DNA of 64,000 nucleotides from Ktedonobacterales bacterium (GTDB lineage Bacteria; Chloroflexota; Ktedonobacteria; Ktedonobacterales; JADMIN01): contig DASTKI010000157.1 in assembly GCA_035716045.1 (NCBI GenBank), positions 11,341 through 75,340 on the forward strand, given 5' to 3'. Made by a program: the position numbers and the translations under genes. Below, one piece after another: positions 30,254-40,200 of the stretch. The notes under the pieces are model-generated. The model was not told the DNA's origin and did no database searches. It saw nothing but the letters and a program-made list of their open reading frames with translations. Position 1 is the stretch's first letter, and each line of letters begins with the position of its first letter.

Positions 30254-30566
30254 CCACCGCTCCTCATCGCCAGGGGGTAAATTGTGTATTTCCATGCGGC
30301 ACACCTACATAATTTATACCGCGCGCCCTGACCTTGTGTCAAGGGTGGCGAGCATGCAATCGTGTAGACTTACCGTCGCAATCTACATATTTACTATACC
30401 TCTACTACGCCAGCCGCGCCATCTGGGTTGCGGAAGCGCGCCGCAGGGGTCCCTGGGGGAACAATTCGCTCAACTATGGCGTCCATTCAAGCGAGCCGCA
30501 AGCGACGCGGGAGCGCTCCGCTCCCGCGAGTAAATAGGCGGCACGCCACACAAGGAGAATGGCGCG

Positions 30567-31520
30567 ATGTGGAACCATATGAGGCGGGGGCGGGGCTGGA
30601 GCATCGCTGGGCTGATTGGACTGGTTGGGCTGGTAGTGCTGCTGGCTGGCTGTGGCGGCGCAGCCTCCTACGGGGCGTCCGGCGCGGCGACCTCACAGGA
30701 CTCCTCGCACGCGCCGAGTCGAGGATCAACGGGGAGCGCCGGAGCCGCAGGCTCGCCATCATCGGGATCAACAGGAACATCAACCCAGCCGCCGAGCCCG
30801 CAGTATCTCATCAAGTCGCTCGGGGTGAACATGACCGCGCCTGATCCGCGCAAAGCGGCGTCAGACCTGCAAGCCTGGATCCTGGCCACCGATCCCAAGG
30901 CGCAGTCGGCTGGACTGAGCTACGCGCAAGACGGCGCGAGCTTTGATATCTCGATGACGTTCAACGTCGAGGCGTCGCTCTATCCACAGGTCGAGAGCTA
31001 TCTGGCAGGCTATGCGCAGGGGCATGGCGGTAAGCTGCTCAATCTGCGGGAGTCCGTGCAGGATGTCACCAACGATTTTGTCGACAGCCAGTCGCGGCTG
31101 ACGAACCTGCGCGCAGAGCAGCAGCGGCTGTTGAGCCTGATGAACCGGGCGCAATCGCTGGCCGATGTGCTGACCATCGAGCAGCGGCTGACGGACGTGG
31201 AGGGACAGATCGAGGATATCCAGACGCATCTGGCTCTCCTGAGCGGGCAGACGGCCTACTATACCGTACAGATCGAAGTGAGTCCACTCGATTCGACGAC
31301 CGTTGCGCCGCCAGAGGCGTGGAATCCTGGGCAGATCTTCCATCAGGCGCTGGGAGCCGCGCTCGTCTTCGGCCAGGGCCTGCTGACGCTCCTCATCTGG
31401 CTGGGTGTGTTTGCTCTCTATATCGTGCCCGCGATTGCGCTCATCTGGTTTGGCCGGCGGCTGGTCGTTCGGCGGCGCGCCACGCGGCTGTCCGCGCCAC
31501 CCACATCGCCCGCGCGCTAA
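30567..31520 (+). CDS. DUF4349-like lipoprotein with C-terminal TM helices
   Basis: Signal peptide plus lipobox (LLAGCGG). Coiled-coil segment LRAEQQRLLSLM...IEQRLTDVEGQIEDIQ. Two C-terminal TM helices. AAGGAG RBS is present. Confidence 0.7.
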   Translation: MWNHMRRGRGWSIAGLIGLVGLVVLLAGCGGAASYGASGAATSQDSSHAPSRGSTGSAGAAGSPSSGSTGTSTQPPSPQYLIKSLGVNMTAPDPRKAASDLQAWILATDPKAQSAGLSYAQDGASFDISMTFNVEASLYPQVESYLAGYAQGHGGKLLNLRESVQDVTNDFVDSQSRLTNLRAEQQRLLSLMNRAQSLADVLTIEQRLTDVEGQIEDIQTHLALLSGQTAYYTVQIEVSPLDSTTVAPPEAWNPGQIFHQALGAALVFGQGLLTLLIWLGVFALYIVPAIALIWFGRRLVVRRRATRLSAPPTSPAR

Positions 31521-31545
31521 GGCGTGATCACGCGCGTGACGCGGG

Positions 31546-32085
31546 CTAGCTTAGCGGCTGGCGCAGCATCTCCTCGATCTCCACCAGCCGCTCGGCGCAG
31601 ATACCCAGCGGGTCCATCGCAGCCGGCGGGACGCGCATCCGCTCGGCGTTCACCTGGAGGGCGGTGGCGTACTGCCGCATCGGTGGAACCTGGGCGACGA
31701 GCATGCGGAGCAGAGCGAACGCCTTCTCACGGCTGCCACTCATCCACATCGGGTCGCCCATCAGCGCGAAGACATCCTCGTCAGCGCCTTTGCGTTCATT
31801 CTCTGCCGCAACCGTCATGCCGCAGACCTCGTTCAGAAACGTCTCGAGCTCACCGCGCGCTACCGAGAGCAGGCTGGTGATCTCAGCGAGGCGGCGCGCC
31901 TCAGGGAAGACGTTGCCCATGAGCCACCACTCCTGGTCCGTCAGCGCCTCCTCCACATCGTGCAGACGCCGTAACAGGGTCTCAGCGCGTGCCCCGAGCT
32001 CTATCACCCCCGACTGCGCTGAACTGGACTCGGCTCGCTGCCGCTGATCGAGTGAGGCGTTCGGCGCGGACCACTGTGACTGCAT
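31546..32085 (-). CDS. hypothetical protein (179 aa, helical)
   Basis: GC3-rich ORF. I recognise no family. Confidence 0.5.
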   Translation of the reverse strand: MQSQWSAPNASLDQRQRAESSSAQSGVIELGARAETLLRRLHDVEEALTDQEWWLMGNVFPEARRLAEITSLLSVARGELETFLNEVCGMTVAAENERKGADEDVFALMGDPMWMSGSREKAFALLRMLVAQVPPMRQYATALQVNAERMRVPPAAMDPLGICAERLVEIEEMLRQPLS

Positions 32086-32346
32086 CTTCCCGTTCCTCTC
32101 GCTGGCGCTTACCGGCGCGCCCGCGACGCACGCTCCTCCTGAGCATGGCGCGATGTGGCCGATGCCGTAGCGCTTCGCCCGACATTCCCCGATGGCGGCC
32201 CCATGCCTGCGTCCGCCGTCACATCCAGGAGAGGGAAATGTGGGCGTACCCGCCTACACTCTAGCTGGTTGATGCATGCGCGTCAAGCGTTTAGCGAGAG
32301 GGCTGCGAAAAATAGCTCGTGACAGCGGACGAAGCGTGTCAATAGG

Positions 32347-33393
32347 TCAATAGCCCCGCGCTGGCTGAACAAGATTGCGCATAGGTTGGCCTTCACGATA
32401 GCGGGCGATATTGTCGAGCAGGATGTCGGTGAGGCGGCGACTGTAGCGTTGCGTCAAGCCAGAGATGTGCGGCGAGAGAACGAGGTTGGGCGTGGACCAT
32501 AGCGGGTCGTTGGCCGGCAGCGGCTCGCGCGCCGTCACATCGAGCGCGGCGGCGCCTAGCCTGCCGGCAGTCAGCGCTTCGATCAGCGCGGGCTCCTCGA
32601 CGATATCACCGCGCGCGATGTTGATGAGCATCGCGTCCGGTTTCATGCGCGCCAGGCGTGCGGCGGAGATCATGCCGCGTGTCTCAGCGGTGCTGGGCGT
32701 CGCGATCACGATATAGTCCGCCTGGGGGAGCAGCGCGTCGAGGCCTTCGATCGGCGCGATGATGTCGACATCTGGATCGGTCGCGCCTGGCGCGACACTA
32801 CGGCGGGTGGCGAGTGTTCGCATGCCGAACGCGTGGCCAAGCTGGGCGATGCGCCGCCCGATGGCGCCAAGACCGATTACCAGCAGTGTCGCGCCTTCGA
32901 GCTCACGCCCGGCGTACTTCGCCCGCTCTCTGCTACCATCCGGCCAAGCGCGCTCGCGCTGTAGCCGCATCAGATCTGGCCAGTGGCGGCTCCAGAGGAG
33001 CATGGCCGAGAAGACGTGCTCGCTGATCGGCGCCCCATGGACGCCACTGGCGGTCGTAATGACCGGCGCATCTGACCCACGGACCCACGGCTGGTTGATG
33101 ACATGGTCCGCGCCCGCGCTACTGAGCGCCAGCCATCGCAGGTTCGGCAGCAGCGGCGGAAGGTCACTCTGGACGAAGGTCACGCAGAGGACGTCGACTT
33201 CCGGATGACCGCCGAGTAGCTCCACTAGCTTCTGATGGTTTCGCGCCGTGAGCAGCCGCCCTTCGCCCAACGCGGCGGCGAGGCGGGTGCGGTCGGCGGC
33301 GTCGAAGGGGAAATCGGTGGCGAAGCGGGTGATGTCGCGCCTTGCGCTGGCCGCCCCATCCGCTGGGACACGTGGAGATGACATGGGCGACAT
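32347..33393 (-). CDS. D-isomer-specific 2-hydroxyacid dehydrogenase family protein
   Basis: NAD-binding GLGAIGRRIA. Motifs INIARG, and LSPHISG with the catalytic His. GAGGAG RBS is present. Confidence 0.85.
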   Translation of the reverse strand: MSPMSSPRVPADGAASARRDITRFATDFPFDAADRTRLAAALGEGRLLTARNHQKLVELLGGHPEVDVLCVTFVQSDLPPLLPNLRWLALSSAGADHVINQPWVRGSDAPVITTASGVHGAPISEHVFSAMLLWSRHWPDLMRLQRERAWPDGSRERAKYAGRELEGATLLVIGLGAIGRRIAQLGHAFGMRTLATRRSVAPGATDPDVDIIAPIEGLDALLPQADYIVIATPSTAETRGMISAARLARMKPDAMLINIARGDIVEEPALIEALTAGRLGAAALDVTAREPLPANDPLWSTPNLVLSPHISGLTQRYSRRLTDILLDNIARYREGQPMRNLVQPARGY

Positions 33394-33517
33394 GGCTCCT
33401 CACTGCTCCATACGATGATAGGCCGCTGAGTCACGGGATGGGATAGCGCGCCGCGCGGCGCCCATGAGATATCCGCGATATTCGCAGTATCACCTATGGA
33501 CATTTGGCGGGCGCAGG

Positions 33518-34018
33518 TCAGCGGACATAGAATGCGGCGCTCTGCGCCTGCAGAGCGTTCGTTACGCCATCACTCTTCGCGGAATAGGTCACTGTCACGC
33601 GATAGAGTCCCGCATCCCAGGCGTTGACGTCGGCGCTGGAGGTCGGGGCGAGCGTGAACGGCTGCTGGGAGTTCTTAGTGATCGCATAGACCTGAGCTGT
33701 TCCACGCGTTGGGCAGGCATCAACCAACTCCCAGGCCTTCTTCGTCGTACTGTATCGTTCGAGTTGGACGATGACGCACGCCGATTTGCCGCTGACAGCA
33801 TAGTAGTCCGAGGAACCGTTGTTGCTGACGGTGACGCCGATCGCATCATTGGCGGTGAACGCGCTGAGGTTTGTAGTGACCGTCACCGGACCTTTGGTGG
33901 CAGCGGTCCCTGCGGGCAGCTTGGCGCTCGTTCCTCCAAGGCATGCGGACAGCGTAGCCACGCAGGCCAGTCCCATCAGAGACGCTATCAGCCGTGATCC
34001 TCGCCAGCGAATGCGCAT
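33518..34018 (-). CDS. secreted lipoprotein, hypothetical (beta-rich)
   Basis: MRIRWRGSRLIASLMGLACVATLSAC lipobox. GGAGGAG lies upstream of ATG 34018. The longer TTG-initiated ORF start at 34141 is unlikely. Confidence 0.6.
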   Translation of the reverse strand: MRIRWRGSRLIASLMGLACVATLSACLGGTSAKLPAGTAATKGPVTVTTNLSAFTANDAIGVTVSNNGSSDYYAVSGKSACVIVQLERYSTTKKAWELVDACPTRGTAQVYAITKNSQQPFTLAPTSSADVNAWDAGLYRVTVTYSAKSDGVTNALQAQSAAFYVR

Positions 34019-34208
34019 CCTGTGCTCCTCCAGATCAGATCTTACGAGACGATCATGAGCCCCGCCAACGCCTTGCACGCCTTGCGCGCCTTTCACGCGC
34101 TGCGCGCCGTGCCAGCGGTCGCTCTCTAGCATACTACGCAAGCGGCGCGCCTGGCTTCCCCTGGCGCTCAGGCGGGAAGTAACGTAGCCACCGACGAACT
34201 GGCTCTTT

Positions 34209-34232
34209 AACCCATGCTAAAACCCATGCTAA
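34209..34232. repeat. two perfect tandem copies of AACCCATGCTAA just upstream of a promoter
   Basis: Copies at 34209-34220 and 34221-34232 are identical. They end 25 nt before the TATAAT at 34258. Confidence 0.8.
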
Positions 34233-34254
34233 GAGGTATGGCTCCATCTACGGA

Positions 34255-34263
34255 TGGTATAAT
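34255..34263 (+). promoter_or_regulatory. extended -10 promoter element TGGTATAAT
   Basis: TGnTATAAT at 34255-34263. The local sequence TGGTATAATCTTGGC is nearly identical to the nadB promoter (TGGTATAATCTGGCC). It lies about 115 nt upstream of the small-membrane-protein/hemB genes. Confidence 0.45.
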
Positions 34264-34376
34264 CTTGGCGCATGGCCACGTACACATTCATCGGGCGTAC
34301 ACGGGCTTGAGGCGATTTACACGCCGGGCAGGTGAAACTCCTGCCGCTGCTTGGACCATGCTCTGGAAGGCGCGAA

Positions 34377-34571
34377 ATGTCGAAGAAGATGCTCAGCACG
34401 GCGCTGCTGTTCCTGATCGGGTCAGGATTCGGGCTGTTTAGCCTGTTCACTCTGGTCAACGCGCGCGACACCGATACGGTCATCGAGGGCGTGCTCTACC
34501 TGATCCCCGCGCTCGCGGCGTTTGTCGCGCTCATCATGCTGCCGTTCAAGCCCATGCCAGAAGGCAAATAA
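34377..34571 (+). CDS. small membrane protein (64 aa, 2 TM)
   Basis: MSKKMLSTALLFLIGSGFGLFSLFTLV...LYLIPALAAFVALIMLPF. A GGAAGG RBS-like element lies upstream of ATG 34377. Confidence 0.5.
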   Translation: MSKKMLSTALLFLIGSGFGLFSLFTLVNARDTDTVIEGVLYLIPALAAFVALIMLPFKPMPEGK

Positions 34572-34672
34572 GGGCAACGAGCGGCGGGCGTCTGTAGGGA
34601 TATCGCCCGTACTCACCCATATTCACTCATGAATCGGGAACGCGCCGCCGAGGGGCGCGGTGAGGGCTGGAC

Positions 34673-35749
34673 ATGATGACGGACATGACTACGACCACAT
34701 CTGGCTCCGGGACGGCGTCCACCGCGTCCGCTGATGTCACGCCGCGCACGCCGCATGTCGCGGGTGGATTCCCCGCGCGGCGGATGCGCCGTCTGCGCCG
34801 GTCGGAGAGCCTGCGGCGGCTCACCCGCGAGACGGCGCTCGATCCCGCCGATTTCATCTTCCCGCTCTTCGTCAGCGAGGTCATTTCAGAACCGCTCGCC
34901 ATCAGTTCGATGCCAGGGCAGTGCCAGTGGCCAGTTGGCGCGATGGCGCGCCAGGCGGAGGAACTGGCGCAGCTAGGCATCGGCGCCGCGCTGCTCTTTG
35001 GCGTGCCCGCGCAGAAGGATGAGATCGGCAGCTCGGCCTGGGACGCGCGCGGCCCCGTGCAGCGCGCGATTCGCGCGATGAAGGCTGCGGTTCCCGAGCT
35101 CGTGATCGTCACCGATGTCTGCCTGTGCGAGTACACCAGTCACGGCCATTGTGGGCTGGTCCGTGATGGCGAGGTCCAGAATGACGAGACGCTTGAACTG
35201 TTGGCGCGCGAAGCGCTATCTCATGTCGAGGCGGGGGCGGATATCGTCGCCCCTTCCGACATGATGGATGGCCGGGTAGCGGCTCTGCGTGAGGCGCTCG
35301 ACGGCGCCGGACTCAGCGCGACGCCGATCATGGCCTACGCGGCGAAATTCGCGTCGGTGTTCTATGGCCCGTTCCGTGAGGCGGCGGAATCGGCCCCGCA
35401 GTTCGGCGACCGCCGCGCCTACCAGATGGACCCGGCCAACGGGCGCGAGGCGCAGCGTGAGATCGCGCTCGATATCCAGGAAGGCGCGGACATCGTGATG
35501 GTCAAGCCGGCGCTGCCCTATCTGGATGTGCTGGCGCGCGCGCGCGACCAGTTCGACGTGCCACTCGCCGCCTATAACGTCAGCGGCGAGTATGCGATGC
35601 TCAAAGCCGCCGCCGCCAACGGCTGGCTGGATGAGCGCCGGGCCACGCTGGAGACCCTGACTGGCATCAAGCGGGCCGGCGCGGACCTGATCATCACCTA
35701 TCACGCGATCGAGGCGGCGCGCTGGCTGACCGAACAATCTCAGGGCTAG
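34673..35749 (+). CDS. hemB: porphobilinogen synthase (delta-aminolevulinate dehydratase), Zn-type
   Basis: Motifs: RRMRRLRRSESLRRLTRET, FIFPLFV, Cys triad DVCLCEYTSHGHCG, MVKPALPYLDV and YNVSGEYAM. Confidence 0.9.
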   Translation: MMTDMTTTTSGSGTASTASADVTPRTPHVAGGFPARRMRRLRRSESLRRLTRETALDPADFIFPLFVSEVISEPLAISSMPGQCQWPVGAMARQAEELAQLGIGAALLFGVPAQKDEIGSSAWDARGPVQRAIRAMKAAVPELVIVTDVCLCEYTSHGHCGLVRDGEVQNDETLELLAREALSHVEAGADIVAPSDMMDGRVAALREALDGAGLSATPIMAYAAKFASVFYGPFREAAESAPQFGDRRAYQMDPANGREAQREIALDIQEGADIVMVKPALPYLDVLARARDQFDVPLAAYNVSGEYAMLKAAAANGWLDERRATLETLTGIKRAGADLIITYHAIEAARWLTEQSQG

Positions 35750-35825
35750 CCAGACCGCGTGGGAGCGCCATCCGGCGCCGCCCGCGCGGCGTCCACCACC
35801 TGAAAAGCGCGAGGATGACGCATCT

Positions 35826-37280
35826 GTGATTGAGGCGCACGCGGCGGAGGCCAACCCAGCTGGCGCGCGACGCGCCTGGCGGGGTTGGTTGACGCCGCCG
35901 CATGGCGACACCGGCGACCTCGGGGCGCGCCTGACACTCATCGCCCTCGTGATTGCCCTGCATAACCTGCTAGAGGCCCCACGCGACGCGGCGCTGCGCG
36001 CGCTGGGCCCCTCCGGCCCCGCGGCGACCGGCCTCCTGGCGTTCGTCGCGCTCTCGCTGTCGCTCGGGCTGCTGCTCCTCGCGCTCGGGGAGCGCCCACC
36101 CACCTGGCGCTGGCTGCGCAGCCGCTGGGCGCGCTCGCTCGCCCTGGCGCTGACGCTGGGCGCGGGCGTGATCGGGCTGCGCCAGCTCGGCGTGATGCTG
36201 GCGACGAGCGTTCAGACGTCCTATGCCTACCCCAACGACGGCGCCACCCTCGACCAGTACGCCGCTCAGCAGTTGCTGGCGGGCCACAACCCCTATGTGA
36301 CGACCGATCTCGTCGCCGCCATCCACCAGTACCAGCAGGACCCCGCCTACACTACGCCGCTGCGCGATGGCCCCTTCGCTGGCCGCGCATGGACGGACTA
36401 TCCCTCGGCGGACGAGCGGCGCGTGGCGTTCGCGACACAGCCGGAGGGCGATCCCGCGGCGGTCACGGGCTTCGAGACGCGACTGAGCTACCCCGCGCTG
36501 GCGTTCCTACCGCTCGTCCCGCTCGTGTGGGCGGGCTTGCCGAATGGCGTGCCGCTCACCGCGCTCTGCTGGCTGGGGCTAGTGGCCCTGCTGGTGATGG
36601 CCGCGCCGCCCGAGTTGCGGCCTTGGGTCGGGCTGCTGGCGCTGGCGGACGTGCCGCTGCTGAACGCGGCGGGCATAGCCGATCCCGACCTCCTCTACCT
36701 GCTCCCGCTCTTCGCCGCCTGGCGCTGGCGTCAGCGAGGGGCGCTCTCCGCCGTGACGCTGGGCCTCGCACTGGCAGCCAAGCAGCTTGCGTGGTTCTCG
36801 GCGCCGTTCTACGCCGTCCTGATCTGGCGTGAGCGGGGCGCTCGCGCGGCGCTCGCGCGGCTCGCGGGCGCCGGCGCGGTCTTCGCCGCCATCAACCTGC
36901 CGTTCTTCATCAACAACCCGCGCGCCTGGCTCTCCGGCGTGCTCGCGCCACAGCTCGACCCGATGTTCCCCTTCGGCAATGGGCTGGTGCGCCTGTCGCT
37001 CTCAGGGATGCTGCCGCTGGCGCCCGCGCCGGTCTATACGGCGTTGGAGTTGCTGGCGCTGGCGCTGGCGCTGGCGTGGTACTGGCGTACCTGCCTGCGC
37101 GCGCCCGCGCTGGGATACGCCTTGGCGGTGGCGCCGCTCTTCTTCGCGTGGCGCAGCCTGACGACCTACTTCTACTTCGCCGCGCTGCCCGCCCTGGCGC
37201 TGCTCCTCTCGCATCGCTCGAATCGCGGCGCCGCTGATGGCCCAGCCGCGGTATCGGTTCGGGAGGGACGGACGCCATGA
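35826..37280 (+). CDS. polytopic membrane protein, GT-C fold glycosyltransferase-like (GT87/DUF2029-like)
   Basis: 484 aa with more than 10 predicted TM helices. LLAGHNPY and LGLALAAKQLAWF motifs resemble DUF2029/GT87 proteins (recalled from memory). The stop overlaps the next start (ATGA at 37277-37280). The GTG start is uncertain. Confidence 0.65.
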   Translation: MIEAHAAEANPAGARRAWRGWLTPPHGDTGDLGARLTLIALVIALHNLLEAPRDAALRALGPSGPAATGLLAFVALSLSLGLLLLALGERPPTWRWLRSRWARSLALALTLGAGVIGLRQLGVMLATSVQTSYAYPNDGATLDQYAAQQLLAGHNPYVTTDLVAAIHQYQQDPAYTTPLRDGPFAGRAWTDYPSADERRVAFATQPEGDPAAVTGFETRLSYPALAFLPLVPLVWAGLPNGVPLTALCWLGLVALLVMAAPPELRPWVGLLALADVPLLNAAGIADPDLLYLLPLFAAWRWRQRGALSAVTLGLALAAKQLAWFSAPFYAVLIWRERGARAALARLAGAGAVFAAINLPFFINNPRAWLSGVLAPQLDPMFPFGNGLVRLSLSGMLPLAPAPVYTALELLALALALAWYWRTCLRAPALGYALAVAPLFFAWRSLTTYFYFAALPALALLLSHRSNRGAADGPAAVSVREGRTP

Positions 37281-40200
37281 ACACCGCGACTGATCGTCCT
37301 CCCAGCCTGATGCCCGCGCCCGCGCCCGCAGGTCGTGCGCGCCGCGCGCTCCGCCACCTCCGCGCCTGGCGCGACATCTTACGCCGCGTGGTGAACGCCC
37401 TCGAAGCGCGCCCAGGCCTGGCGAGCGGCATGACGCTGGGCGTGTGGACCGCCACGCGGCTGGCCCTCCTGGTCGGGGTGATCTTCGGCGCGCGCTACGC
37501 CGACCCGCAGTTCTACGACTACGCTGGCAAGCTGGCCGCCGGCCTCTGGCCCTATCGCGATGTGCCGGTGGAGTATCCACCAGCCGCCATCGCGCTGCTG
37601 CTGCTACCCGCCCTGCCCTTGCTGCTGCTCCCAGGGCTCTCTGGCATCGCGCCCCGGCCTGACCCGGCGTTCGCGCATCTGACCCAGATCGCGCAGCTCC
37701 CCGCGCCCGATCCGGTGCGTTACGGCGCGTATGGGGTCAGCTTCGCGGTCGAGCTGCTGCTGCTCGACGCGCTCACGCTCTGGCTGGTGATGTACGCCGC
37801 GCGGCGGCTTGCCAGGCGATCCAGACGCGATAGCGAGCTCATCGCGGCGGGCGCTGGCCTGCTCTATACGGCGCTCACGTTCCTCAGCGGCGGTGTCTTG
37901 CAGAAGTTCGATCTTGCGGTGGGGACGCTGCTGCTGGCCGCGGTCGTGGCGCTGGTCGAGCGGCGGCGTGGGTTGGCGTGGGCGCTCTTGGGGCTGGCGG
38001 CGCTCATCAAGGGGTTCCCCATCTTCGCCGTTCCCGTCTTCGCGCTGTACGAACTGGAGATGACCGGAGAGCGCGACGTTCGCGCGGCGCTGCGGGCTGC
38101 GGCGCGCCCGATCCTCACGGGGCTCGCGTGGCTGGCGGGCGTGATTGGCGCAGCCACACTCGGCGTCGCCCTGTTCGCTGGCTGGGACTCGGTCCTGCAT
38201 ACCGTCACGTATCATGCTGGGCGCGGCGCGGAGATCGAGAGCGTGTACGCCGCAGTCGCGCTGGCGCTGGCCTGGCTGCCGGGCCTCGCCGCGCATACCG
38301 CGTTCAACCCGCTGGATCTGTCGCGAGTGGTGGTCTCGCCGCTCACGCCCGCGGAGCCGCTGGAGATGGTCTCCACCGCGCTGCTTGGGTGCGCGCTGCT
38401 CGTCGCGCTGGCGGCCCTCTGGCTCGGCTGGCGTGGTCGCGCGTGGCGCTCGCTCGCAGATGGCGCGGCTGCCTCGATGGACGAGCGCAGGCGGCGGGCA
38501 GGGCAGGCGTTGGCGCTGGGCGTGACGCTCGTCACGCTGGCGTTCATTCTCACCTTCCGCGCGCTTCCAGCGCACTACCTGCTCGATTTCCTTCCACTGG
38601 CGTCACTCCTCTGGCTGGGGAGCCGCCGGCGGACGGCGCTGTGGCTGGCCGCGCTGGTTGCCGTCGGGGCGTTCGGCCAGATCCTCGTTGATCCCAGCGT
38701 GTGGAGGAGCCTTGTGGCGCTGCGCCCGCTCCCGGTAGCGCTGCTTGTGGCGCGCAACCTCGCGTGGCTCACCGCGGCTGGCGTGTTAGTTGTGGCGCTG
38801 TGGCATGACGCGCAGACGGGCGGGACATGGGAGGACGCGCGCGGCGCCTCACGCGGGTCGAGCGCGAAGCCGCTGAGGCGGCGACTCGGCGAGGCGTGGC
38901 GCCGGCTGATCGCATCGGCGCCCCCCATACCGGGATTCCGCCCGCGCAGCGAGGATGTCTTCGCGCATCTGTTCGCCCAGGTCTCGCCGCGCGCCGCTAT
39001 CTTGAGCGCCGGGCTGGTGTCGCTCATCTGCTATGTCGGCCTTGTGGGCGCTTTCCCGCTGACGATCTACTATAACCAGCCGCACGTCTCGCCGAACTCG
39101 TCGCAGATCAACGACATGGGCGCGATCACAGGCTATAGCCCGATTGCGGCCATCAGTTTCGTGGTCGTCATCCTGCTGCTGTTCGGCGCGCAGTTTACCG
39201 CGTTGCTCGCCGCCAGCCGTGCGCAGCGCGAGGAGCCCGGCCCGGCTCGGCGCTGGGCGGTGCGCCTAATCTACGGCGCGCCGGTGATCTTCGCGCTCAT
39301 CATGATCTGGATGCATCCGGTCACCACCACCGATCTCTACGGCTACGTCGCCCGCGGCTACCTCTCTGTCCACTTCCACGAGAACCCGATGATCACCGCG
39401 GCCATGGGTCTGCCCGGCGGCTACACGGTAGACCGCCCAGCGTCACCCTATGGGCCGGGCTGGCTGGTCATCGCGGCGCTCTTCTCCTGGATCAGCGGCG
39501 AGAACTTGCTGCTCAACATGCTGCTCTTCAAGGCGCTTGAGGCGGCCTGTGTCTTGGTGGCGCTGGCCCTGGTGGACCTGCTGGCGAAGCGACTCTACCC
39601 AGAGCGGCGGCTGCGCATCGCTGTCTTGTTCGGCTGGAGTCCGCTGCTGTTCTTCGAGTCGGTGGGTAACGGGCATAACGATATCGTGATGATCGTCTGT
39701 GTGCTGGCCGCGTTTGCGCTGATGCTGCGTGGACGCTCGCAGCTCGCCTTCGGCTTCCTGGTCGTTGGGGCGGTCATCAAATATGTCTCGGCCTTCCTCG
39801 TGCCGCTGTGGCTGGTCTATGAGCTTCGCCACCGCGCGCTGACCGGAAAGTTACATATGGACGAGCGGCCTCCGGCGGGGCTGGCGCCGCGCATTGGGTG
39901 GCTGCGCCGGGCGGCGGGCAAGATCATCAATGATTTAGATGTTGGCGCCGCTGCGCGCCTTCTCGTGCCTGCGGTTGTGATTGGCGCGACGATCACCGCC
40001 GCCGCGTACGCTCCCTATTGGGCGGGCATCGAGACGTTCACCGGACTTGGCCAGCAATTACGCCCGCTGTACTATAACGGCTCCATCGTGCAGTTCATCA
40101 CCGCGCCGCTCGAGCTGTTCGTGGAGCCGTCGCAGTACCCTGCGCTGGATAAGACCGTCCGGCTCGTCTTCTACGCCCTGTTCGTGATCTACGCCGCCAT

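Noticed and set aside
29825-30566. Active IS200/IS605 insertion sequence
   Set aside because: There is no tnpB and no flanking imperfect palindromes. The HUH and Tyr residues appear substituted. I therefore treat it as a domesticated gene, not a mobile element.
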